62,591 nucleotides of DNA from a virus (Duplodnaviria > Caudoviricetes). Shown one piece after another: positions 9,658 through 19,900 of this stretch (its first letter is position 1; every line of letters starts with the position of its first letter). Location: positions 1 to 62,591 of the IMG/VR virus record IMGVR_UViG_3300017700_000663, one strand, 5' to 3'. Below the pieces are notes generated by a model. The model saw nothing but the letters and a program-made list of their open reading frames with translations, did no database searches and was not told where the DNA came from. The position numbers were made by a program, and so were the translations under genes.

Positions 9658-11138
9658 GCAGCCCCGGTAACCCCCAGCCCCTGCCCACAACGCCGCCGGC
9701 ACCGCCGCCCGGCCTGATCAATACTGCGCCGGGCATGACGAACACCGTGCCCGGAACAGCGCCCAATGGATCTGGCGCGCCGGTGACGGGCTACGATCCG
9801 GCGAAGGCGACGGCCGAGGCGGCGAAGACGTCGGGCTATGATCCCAAGGCTTTCAATGTGGGCCAGAACCAGACGGTTCAGGGTCAGATCGAAAACATCA
9901 TCGCCAAGGGATCTCCGCTGCTCCAGCAGGCGGAGGCTGCGGCCAAGGCGCAGATGAACTCGCGCGGGCTGATCAACAGCTCGATGGCGGTCACGGCTGG
10001 TCAGGATGCGGTCTACAAGAATGCGCTGCCGATCGCGACGGCCGACGCCGCCACCTTCGACAAGGCGGCGACCAACACCACCACGGCGGAAAATCTGGCG
10101 CTGCAACAGGAGGCGGCAGCGAAGAATACCGCAGGGCTGCAGGATGCCGCGCTGTCCACCGACACCAGCAAGTTCAACGCCGGGCAGGAAAACGCCTCGC
10201 TCGCGCAATCGGCGCAGGCGTCGAATGCGGTGGCGCTGGCCGCGCAGCAGATCGCGGGCGCGAAGGATCAGGCGGAGCTGCAGGCGGCGACGTCGAAGCA
10301 GATCGCCCAGCTGCAGGCCGACACCAACCTGTCCATTCAGGACAAGCAGGGCGCGATCTCGACTCTGATTGCAAACATTCAGGCCAATACGGCCATGACC
10401 AATCAGGACAAGCAGGACGCCACAACGCTCGCCGTGCAGGCCAGCCAGAGCTCGCTCCAGCGTTACTTGGGCGACCTGCAGGCCAACACCTCGCTGACGA
10501 CGCAGCAGATGGCGTCCGAGGCGCAGAAGGCGGTCGCGGCGGCCAACAACGTATCTCAGCAGCTGATCGCGCGTATCCAATCGGATACCAGCCTCTCGAT
10601 CCAGCAGCAGCAGCAGGAGACCCAGAAGGTTCTTGCGCAGATGAACAACGAGAACGCGCGCATCGTGCAGGAGATCACGAACCGTGGAAGCCTCGAAAAC
10701 ATCAAGGCCAACGGCGAGATCAATACGCGCATCACGCAGCTCCAGAACGACAACAAGACTCTGCTGCAGACCAGCAGCGGCGCGGCGTCGATCTACTCGC
10801 AGGCGCTGACCAATCTGTCGAACATCATGGTCAGCCCGGATCTGTCGCCGGAGCAGAAGCAGACCGCGCTCAACAATGGTGTGCAGCAGCTCAATGACGC
10901 CCTGTCGGTGCTGACCACGATCGCCGGCATCCCCGAGATCGGCAGCACGCTGACATTCGGAGCGCCGCCGCCGGCGGCCAACGATCCGGGCGTCGCCCCG
11001 GCCGGCGCTGCCACTGGGCAGCAGGCACCGCAATTCGGCATCAACACCATGTTCCCGCAGAACGACAATGGCGTCGCTTACACGGACGCCGGCGGCAATA
11101 TGTATGACAGCAACAACGTCTATCTCGGGACGCGGTGA
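9654..11138 (+). CDS. Putative internal virion / DNA ejection protein
   Basis: Gln/Ala/Asn-rich coiled coil with no Cys; position after tail genes. Confidence 0.65.
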   Translation: MSSPGNPQPLPTTPPAPPPGLINTAPGMTNTVPGTAPNGSGAPVTGYDPAKATAEAAKTSGYDPKAFNVGQNQTVQGQIENIIAKGSPLLQQAEAAAKAQMNSRGLINSSMAVTAGQDAVYKNALPIATADAATFDKAATNTTTAENLALQQEAAAKNTAGLQDAALSTDTSKFNAGQENASLAQSAQASNAVALAAQQIAGAKDQAELQAATSKQIAQLQADTNLSIQDKQGAISTLIANIQANTAMTNQDKQDATTLAVQASQSSLQRYLGDLQANTSLTTQQMASEAQKAVAAANNVSQQLIARIQSDTSLSIQQQQQETQKVLAQMNNENARIVQEITNRGSLENIKANGEINTRITQLQNDNKTLLQTSSGAASIYSQALTNLSNIMVSPDLSPEQKQTALNNGVQQLNDALSVLTTIAGIPEIGSTLTFGAPPPAANDPGVAPAGAATGQQAPQFGINTMFPQNDNGVAYTDAGGNMYDSNNVYLGTR

Positions 11139-11542
11139 TGCTCGATCGAGGAGAGGTCATGGACAGGATCTGGGAAGGGGCTTCGTCGCGGGTCTTCATC
11201 CCGAAGTCCGCGTTCCTGCGCGGGCTTGCCGACTGGGATCTGCGCCAGATCATGGTGCGCGACCAGCTGCACATCGCGGTGCTGTCGAGGGGCCCGGAGT
11301 TTCACTTTCAGGTTCTGGCCGACATCCCGATCACCCGGGCAACGGTGCGCGCCGTGGTGGAGCCGATCATCGAGCAGCACGGCTTTGCGCTGACCAAGAC
11401 GCCAAAGAGCGACGCCCGCCAGCATCGTTTCAACAAGCTGGTGGGATTTCAGGTGGCGGGAGAAGACGAATACGATATTCATTATAGGGTCGATGCCAGT
11501 ACACTTCTGGCGGGGAAAGGGGGCAGGAAATGCCAATCGTAG
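11135..11542 (+). CDS. GNAT-fold protein (P22 gp14-like) in ejection module
   Basis: C-terminal RFNKLVGFQ..GE GNAT motif B; standard position among podovirus ejection genes. Confidence 0.55.
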   Translation: MMLDRGEVMDRIWEGASSRVFIPKSAFLRGLADWDLRQIMVRDQLHIAVLSRGPEFHFQVLADIPITRATVRAVVEPIIEQHGFALTKTPKSDARQHRFNKLVGFQVAGEDEYDIHYRVDASTLLAGKGGRKCQS

Positions 11543-12672
11543 CAATCGGCATCGCTGGCATCGCATGGGCTGGCGCGGCTGGTGCCGTTGGCGGCCTTAT
11601 CGCCGGCGCTGGCCTGACGCTCGCCGGCGCGTTCGCGATCACGGCCGCCGTTGGTGCCACCCTGAGCGCGATCGGATCGATCACCGGCGACGAGGATCTG
11701 TCCATGGTGGGCACGGTCTTGGGCGCGGTCGGCGGCATCGGCAGCCTTGCGACCAGTGCGGGGCTCTTTGGTGCCGATGCTGGCTCCGCCCAGCTCTTTG
11801 GCGTCGACGCTGCTGAAGGCGTCCAAGCGGCCGATATTGCGAGCTCGGCAACCGGCGGCGACCTCTCAAAGCTCGGCCAGCTGCCCGACGCCGGCTCTGG
11901 CATGATCAATAATGCCGAGATGGGCGGTCAGTTTGTCGACAGCGCCAGCGCTACCGGCATGGAAGGCGGCATCGTCGAGGCCGACATCATCGACTCCTTC
12001 ACCGGCAAAGCCGTGGAGGGCTTCGGTCAGGTCAAGGACGCGATCAAGCCCGAGGCTGTCATCGAGGCGGCGAGCGAGCCCGTCAAGGGTGTGTCGGCCA
12101 CGGCCAAGACGGGCCTGATCAACGGCAAGGTGGCAACCGGGCTCGATATGGAAGGCCCGATGACGGCCGCGCCATCCAGCGACGCCCTTGCTGCGCCGGT
12201 CACTGGCGCTCCGAAGGCTCCCGACATCGCGGATCTCGCCAAGGGAGCAACCAGTTTTGCGGCTGATGGAAGGCCCGACGCATCGATCCCGGGCAACGTA
12301 TTCACCGGCAAAGATGGTGTGAAATATGTTTCCAATGGCCGTGGCGGCTGGGTGGCGGAAAAGACCGGCGGCTTCATGGACTTCCTGTCCAGCGAAGGTG
12401 GCGGCATGGTCGCCATGGGCGCGATGCAGGCCGGCGGCGCGTTCCTGCAGGGTGCGACCGACACGCTGAAGCCAGCGCAGGTCGCCGCGTATGAGGCGCA
12501 GGCAGCGGCCAATCAGGCGGCGGCCAATCTGGCCAATCGCAAGAACGAAAACATGGGCGGTGCGATCCCGGTGGCGACGCGCGGCCCCCGTCCGCTGGTC
12601 ACTGGGCAACCGCAGCCTGTTCTGGGCGGCGGCCTGATCAATCGACCTGCGCCCGTTGGAGCGATGCCATGA
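11530..12672 (+). CDS. Putative ejection protein with hydrophobic Gly/Ala N-terminus
   Basis: Gly-zipper hydrophobic N-terminus as in P22 gp7-like proteins. Confidence 0.65.
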   Translation: MPIVAIGIAGIAWAGAAGAVGGLIAGAGLTLAGAFAITAAVGATLSAIGSITGDEDLSMVGTVLGAVGGIGSLATSAGLFGADAGSAQLFGVDAAEGVQAADIASSATGGDLSKLGQLPDAGSGMINNAEMGGQFVDSASATGMEGGIVEADIIDSFTGKAVEGFGQVKDAIKPEAVIEAASEPVKGVSATAKTGLINGKVATGLDMEGPMTAAPSSDALAAPVTGAPKAPDIADLAKGATSFAADGRPDASIPGNVFTGKDGVKYVSNGRGGWVAEKTGGFMDFLSSEGGGMVAMGAMQAGGAFLQGATDTLKPAQVAAYEAQAAANQAAANLANRKNENMGGAIPVATRGPRPLVTGQPQPVLGGGLINRPAPVGAMP

Positions 12673-13244
12673 GCAAGAAGAACCGGCCGAAAAAGCCGCT
12701 GATTTCCAGCAACACGCTGCTGGCATCGGCCGAACAGAAAATCCAGTCCTCGCTCACCCCGGGCGCGCGCGAGGATTATCTCAAGATCGTCGTCAGCGGT
12801 CTGCGCGCCCTGCTCGACAAGGGTGAAAACGGGCTTCTGGCCCAGATGAATGGCAGCAAGGATCCGATCGCGGACTGCGCGCGCGGCGCGGTAAATCTCG
12901 TGGCCCTCCTCTACAAGGAGTCGCGCGGGACCATGCCTGAGCGGGCGATCCCGCCGGCGGCGATGACGCTGATGCTGCACGGGCTGGATTTCGCCGAGAA
13001 GGCGAAGATCACGGTGATCGACCGCGAAGCGCTGATCAAGGCGACGCGAATTTTCACCAATTACCTGTTCCAGACGATGAAGATCTCGCCGTCCATGCTG
13101 CACCACGCGGCCGGCAAGGTGCATGACATCATGAAGGATCCGGCGTCGGCCGAGGCCGTGCGCCGCAAGGCCGGCGTCGTGGCCGATCCGCGCGCCAGCA
13201 AGCCAACCGAAGTCGTCGAGGAGGATCCTGTCGATGCAGTTTAA
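12669..13244 (+). CDS. Hypothetical ejection-module protein
   Basis: ATGA-coupled ORF; helical. Confidence 0.65.
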   Translation: MSKKNRPKKPLISSNTLLASAEQKIQSSLTPGAREDYLKIVVSGLRALLDKGENGLLAQMNGSKDPIADCARGAVNLVALLYKESRGTMPERAIPPAAMTLMLHGLDFAEKAKITVIDREALIKATRIFTNYLFQTMKISPSMLHHAAGKVHDIMKDPASAEAVRRKAGVVADPRASKPTEVVEEDPVDAV

Positions 13245-13947
13245 TATCGGCAATGGCCTGTCGGCCATGGGCGGCGCGATCGAGAAGACCGCCGGCGCGG
13301 CCGCGCTCGAGATGCAGAGGTCCGAGCTGGATATGCAGAAAAATGAGCTGGCGAGCATGCTGGCCGAAGGTCGCGAAACCCGTGGGCGCGAACAGCAGGG
13401 TCTGATTAACGCGGCAGCGGCTGAAGAGGCCGGGAAGCGCAGCCGGGAAGAGTTGATGATCCGCGAGGGGGGTGCCGATCGACGCCTCGCCACCAGCGAG
13501 GCTGGCGATACCGAGCGCGCGCGCATCAATGAGCGTGGTGCCAATGCGCGCCACAGCTCCAGCGAAGCGGCGGCCGATAGCCGTCTGGACAAGCAGCTGA
13601 AGGCCTCGGCAGATGCTGCGCGCAAGATTGCAGACACCGCCGAGAAAAAGCGCATTCTGGAAAGCGCGATCGATGCCTCGACCACGACCGAGGAACGCAA
13701 GGTTCTGGTGGACGGCGTCGAAACCGTGAAGATGGTGAAGACCTTCAACCCCAAGAAGGCGGCGGGCATCTTGCGCGACACTGGACACCCGGATCTGGCG
13801 AATCCGCTGGACCCGAAAAAGCTGGTGAACAAGACCGTGAAACCAAATGTCGACCCGCCGAAATTCACAGAAGGCCAGATCGTCAGCCAAGGTGGCGTGC
13901 AGTACAAGTACAACAAGGGCAATTTCGTCCCCCTCACCACTCCGTAA
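13234..13947 (+). CDS. Putative internal virion protein
   Basis: Gly-rich N-terminus plus charged coiled coil; GGAGG RBS. Confidence 0.6.
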   Translation: MQFNIGNGLSAMGGAIEKTAGAAALEMQRSELDMQKNELASMLAEGRETRGREQQGLINAAAAEEAGKRSREELMIREGGADRRLATSEAGDTERARINERGANARHSSSEAAADSRLDKQLKASADAARKIADTAEKKRILESAIDASTTTEERKVLVDGVETVKMVKTFNPKKAAGILRDTGHPDLANPLDPKKLVNKTVKPNVDPPKFTEGQIVSQGGVQYKYNKGNFVPLTTP

Positions 13948-13959
13948 ATCGGACCATAA

Positions 13960-16900
13960 ATGGCCACTCCGTCTTTCGATCCGTCGAAGCCCTTCGAGGT
14001 CGTCGAGATGTCGTCGCGCGACACCGCGCCGGCCTTTGACGTGTCGAAACCTTTTGAGGTGGTGGCGGATCCGAGCCGTCCCGGCCTGATCAATTCCATG
14101 ATGCGTCAGAACGATGCGAACATGCTGGAGGAGACCAGCGCCGCGCCCGTTAATGAATACATCGGGAAGTCGGCCGAGCTTGGCGTGCGCAGCGCTCTGG
14201 GTGCCGGTCTCGGCATCGCGGCCGCGATATATAACGGCATCTTCGGTGGCACGTCTGACGAGGATCTGGCGATTCTCAGTGGCCCCAAGGGCGACGGCTC
14301 GCTGTCGGCCGAGGATGTCAAGCGCTTCAAGGGCATCAACCCCGGCAGCTATCTGGAAAAGGGGTCGAAGGACCAGTTCGCGGCTGGCGACGACGCGATG
14401 AAAAATCTGTCGGTCGGCGCGCGGAAATATGCCGACAAGGAATACCTGACGCTCGACCCCGAGAAGTCGGCGCTGCTGTCGCCCACGCGCCTGATCGGTG
14501 ACGTGCTTGGCAGCCTGCCGTCCACTGCCCTGCTGGCCATCACCGCCCGCTTCGGCGGCACCGCCGCGACCACGGCGCGCACCGAGGCGCTGGCCGCCGG
14601 CGCGACGGAAGCGGTGGCCAACAAGGCGGCGGTGGCGGCCGCGACCAAGGTCATGACCCGGGCCGGCGCGGCGGGTGAAGGCGCTTTGGGTTACGAGATG
14701 CAGTACGACCAGACCCGCCGTCAGGTGCTGGATCTGCCGCAGGACAAGATCGAAAAGTCGGCCGAATATCAGGGCCTGATCGAAGACGGCTACACCCCGG
14801 AAAAGGCCCGGGAGCTGCTCGCCATGCGCGCCGGTAATCTGGCCGGCTTCACCGCCGCGATCGTCGACGCCGGCACCAACCTCGCCTCCGGGCCCATTCT
14901 GGGCAAGATCATCGGCGAAGGCGGCGGCATGATCTCCCGCACCGCCCGCGCCGGCGGCACCGAGGCGGCGCAGGAAGCCGTCCAGAGCGGCGGCGAACAG
15001 GCGGGCGGCAATCTGGCCCTGCAGCGCGCCGACCCGTCGCAGGAGCTGGGCGAGGGCGTGGCCGAGGCGGCGGCGCAGGGCGCGGCGGTCGGCGGCCTCA
15101 CCGGCGGCGCGATCGGTCTGGCCAGTGGCCAGAACGGCCTGATCAACGATGTAACCCCGAATATGGACGAACGCCGGCGCGTCGACGATTACATCGAGCA
15201 CCGCGCCAACGAGACCAGCGGCCAGATGGGCGAAATCCCGGCCCCTGCGTCATCCCCAGCGGCCACGGCTGCCATCCCGGCCATCTTGGAGGCACCGACG
15301 GCCGACGCGGCGATCGAGGCCGCCATGGCGGCTGTCAGCGGCCCTGCGGTCGACATCGATGCCATTGTCGACGAGACGATCGGCGCGCAGGAGCGGGCCA
15401 CGGTCGAGGAGCAGCAGGCGGCGCTGGTGGAATTTGGGTCACGCCTTGGCCAGCTGGAGCCGACGGAAGGTGACCCCAATACCTTCACCTTTACCCGGCC
15501 CGTCGCCGGCGGCGAGCCCGTCACCGGCACCCTAAAGCTCTGGGATCCGGCCGACGCGGCCGAGGGCCCGGCCGGCGGCACGCTGCCGACCATCTCGCCC
15601 GAGGTCGTGGCCGCCCAGCGTGACGTCTATGGCAAGGCCGGTTTCGACGTCGTTTATTTTCAGGATGACCCCAATCTGCCGGACGGCGCGGCCGACCCGG
15701 CGCAGCCGAACGTCATTTTCCTGTCCAACAACCCAAGCCGCAACGTGCTGCAGGTCGGCCAGCACGAGATCACCCACCTGCTCGATGACGTGAAAACGCC
15801 GGACGGCCGGAGCCTCGGCGACCTGCTGTCGGAGCAGATCACCACCGGCATCACCAACGAGGGCGTGGCCCACGCCTTCAAGATCTTCGGCGACGAGGCC
15901 CCCGATCGCAGCCAGTTCCCCGCCACTCCCGAGGGGCAGGCGGCGCACGCCGACGCGGTGCGCGATCACCTGATCAAGGAGCTGGGCGCGGACATCGGCG
16001 GCGAGGCCCCGAAATTCCAGACGTGGATCCCGCGCGTGATGGAGGCGATTGAGACTCGGTATGGTCGCGGCGTCGTCACCGAGGTGATGAATAAATTCCT
16101 GAATGGCCTGCGGGAGGCCATGGTCAGGATGCAGACCTTCTTCTCCGGCGGCGAGCGCTCCAACACCCTGTCCCAGAATTGGGTGTCGAACCTCGACGAG
16201 ATCCACGACACGCTGGCCCAGATGAATGCCGTCCGGTACGGCAGCGCGGTCCAGCGCGAGCAGGCCAAGCTGTCGAAGATGAAGGACACGGCCGCGCGCG
16301 ATCGTCTCGCCGCCGGCGAGGCCGTGGTCGCCGAGGCTTCGGCCGCGCCGATCGCGGGCAAGCCCGCGCCGGCCGCTGGGTACAAGGAAGCCCGCACCAA
16401 GGCCCAGACGCTGCGCCGCTGGCTCGGCGAGCTGGACGTCAAGCGCCGCACCGATGCCGCCGCCAGCGAGCCGGTGAAGATCCTGCGCCAGCAGGAGGCC
16501 ACCATGCTGAAGAAGGTCGGCGGCGTCGAAAGCAAAATGACCAAGGTGGGCGCGGAACGCCTCGCGGCCGTGCGCGCCGAGATCGAGGACCGCCTGAACC
16601 CCAAGGGCGACAGCCCCGACATGGCGCGCGTGCGCGAGGCGATGGTGCGCGAGCATGCGCGGATGGCCGAAGCGACGGCGGTGACGAAAGAGGCGGCCGC
16701 GATGCCCCGGGCCGCGCGCCCCGCCCCCACTCCGAAGGCCGAGGCCGCGCCCGCCGTCGAGCCGGTTAAGGCCGAAGCGCCGAAGCCGGCATCGAAGGAG
16801 ACCGGCGAGCCGACCGACGCCGATCGCTTCGTCGCCAATCAGGTGGCGCAGGACACTGGCGGTAACCCGAAATTCTCGCCCAAGGTTGCGGATCTGTCAG

Positions 16901-19900
16901 ATCCCACCGAGCCGAACGGCAATACGCGCCGGGCCCGCGAAGTCGAGATCGACGGCGCGACGATCAGCTATTCCATGCACCCGTCGCAGGACGGCATGTT
17001 CGTCGAGGTCAACGCCGTCAGCGTCGAGCCCCGCCAGCGCCGCAAGGGCCGCGCCCGCAAGGCGATGGATAAATTCCTCGCCCAGACCGACGCTGCCGGC
17101 CTGAAGACCTTCCTGACGGCCGAGCCCATGGGCCAAGGTGGCGCGCCAAAGTCCGCACTGGAGAAATTCTACAAGTCTCTCGGCTTCACGCCCAATCGCG
17201 GCCGCGCGCGTGATTTTGGCACTCGCGCTGCGCTGGTGCGTGAGGCGAAGGTCGCCGCCAACCCCCAGAAGGCTGACCAGACTGACACCCCAGCCTTCAA
17301 AAAGTGGTTTCGCGACAGCGTAGTCGTCGATGGCAATAAAAAACCGATGGTGGTTTATCACGGCACCCCAGACGACTTCACGGAATTTGAACCGGGAGAC
17401 GGCTGGTATGGTCGCGGCATCTATTTCACCGACAATGCGGAGTATGCCGGGGAGTTCGCGACCGAGAATGCCGAAGATGGCGAAACTGGTGCGCGGACAG
17501 TCCCCGCATTCCTCAGCTTGCAGCGCCCATATATTTTCCGCGAAAGGCTGAATGACACGGCATCGAACGTCCAGCTGATGCACGAGTTGGGATTTTCAGA
17601 TGCGAAAATCAATCGCTCTTTTGAGACGGGGGAGGATCTAATCCGCCCAGCGCTGGAGCGTATGGGCCATGACGGCATCGTTGTCCTGTCTGCGGAAGGC
17701 CGAAACGAATATATCGCCTTTGAGCCAGAGCAGATTAAATCCTCCACCGGCAACGTTGGAACTTTTGATGCTCAAAATCCCGACATCCGCTTCAGCCCCA
17801 AGGCCAAACCGCAGACCAAGACCAAGGCCTTCAAGGATTGGTTTGGCAACAGCAAGGTGGTGGATGTCGCCGGCAAGCCGCTGGTGGTCTACCACGGCAC
17901 CGTCTTTGACATCGACACCTTCGATCCGCAGCGCCGCGATTCTGGTCGCGGTCGCGGCGGCAAGGTGAGGCCTGCAATCTACTTCACCGCGAACAAGGAC
18001 GACGCCAACTGGTACGCAACTTGGGGTGAGAATAAAGAGCTTTTCGCCCAAGAGCTGGAGGCGGCAAAGAACCGCCCTGCTGACATCGTGGATTGGGGCG
18101 GTGGTTACAAATATAAGATGTCGCCGTTTTCAATGGCGACGGAAGCTACCTATGTGCGGGATCCTGATGGTGGCACTGGCGCAAACAGCGGTGCCAACGT
18201 CACGCCAGTTTTTCTGAAGGCGGAAAATCCGCTCATTGTCGACATGAAGGGTCGACCCGGCTTCGGTCAGGGCCACATTCGTCGCGCTCTCGCCGCCGGC
18301 AACGACGGCGTAATCCTGAGAAATTCCCGCACCAATCAGGATACGGAGCCGTCTGACCATTTTGTCGTCTTCAAGTCGGAGCAGGTGAAGTCCGCGATCG
18401 GCAACAGCGGTGCGTTCGACCCCAAGGACAAGCGCATCCAATTTTCACCGAAGCAGCGCGAGACGGATGAATTTCGCCGCTGGTTCTCCGGCAGCAAGAT
18501 CACCGACAGAGATGGCAATCCTGTCATCCTGTATCACGCGACGCCTGAAGATTTCGACGCCTTCAAGCCCGGCGGCAAGGATCCTGAGTGGAGCGGCCCT
18601 GCCATCTGGCTCAGTCCGTATCGTGACAGCCAGCCGGCTGCGCACAATACCGGCGGCTATCAGGGCCAGTTCAAGGACGGCACCAACGTCATCCCGGTGT
18701 ACGCCGCGATCAAGAACCCACTCTTCATCGACAATCGCCAGATGTTGGACTGGTCGCGCGAGACGTTCGCAGGCGGCAGCAGCCAGTTCCCGCTGGCGTT
18801 TGATGCCAAGACGCGCGACGCGCTGATCGCCGAGGGTTACGACGGCATCGTGTATGCTGGCCCGCAGGTCTATAATAATTCCGCCAAGGAGTATGGCGAT
18901 GTCGGTGTTGGCGAGCAGCCGAAGCGCGAGGAGGAGGTCGTTGCTCTCTTTGCCAACCAGCTGAAGTCCGCGATCAGCAACACGGGAGGGTTTTCCCGCG
19001 AGGACGACCGCATCCTCTTCAGCCCGAAGCAGACGAAAACCAAGGCTTTCAAGGAGTGGTTTGCGGACAGCAAGGTTGTCGACAGCAAGGAAAATCCGCT
19101 GATCGTCTATCACGGCACCACCGCCGACTTCGACGCCTTCAATCGTGAGCGCGGCAACATCGAGAGCGACTGGGGCGCGGGCTTCTATTTCACCAACGAG
19201 CGCGACGATGTGTCGGAGAATTATGCCGGCATGGGCCCGGATCTGACGAACAAGGTCCAGCGCGAGGCGGAGCGCATCGCCAGCGAGACCGACCGGGAAT
19301 ACAATGACCCAGAAGTCGTCGCCGAGGCGCGCGCCAAGTATGCCGTCCACGAAGGCGCGACCATCCCCGCCTATCTCAGCATCCAGAACCCCGTCATCGT
19401 CGGTGGCAAGGGCGAGACCTATTTCGACTACGAAGAGAATTACAATGAAGAGCTGGACGAATTTGGAGAGCCGACCGGGTCGCTGGTCGATCTGGTAACG
19501 GCCCTGCGTGCCGCGTCGGAAAGCCATGGCGACGTCGACATCGAGGACGTTGTCGGCCAGCTCTTCGAGGCCGGTATGGATGGCGGCCTTTCGGCATCTC
19601 AGGCCGAGGACATCATGCGCAAGAATGATGGGCTGATTTACGCCACGGATCTCGAGCGCGGTGACCTGTCTGGCCACGAGCTGGTGCGTCAGGCCTTCGA
19701 GGCTATGGGCTTCGACGGCATCATCGATCGCCGCGCCAACCAGAAATTCGGCAGCGAGAAGGATCCCAAGACCGGACAGAAGATGGCCGGCATGAAGCCG
19801 GGTACTGTCCACTACATCGCCTTTGCCCCGGAGCAGGTGAAATCGGCCATTGGAAATAGCGGCGCATTCTCCAAGGAGGATTCGCGCATCCAGTTTTCGC

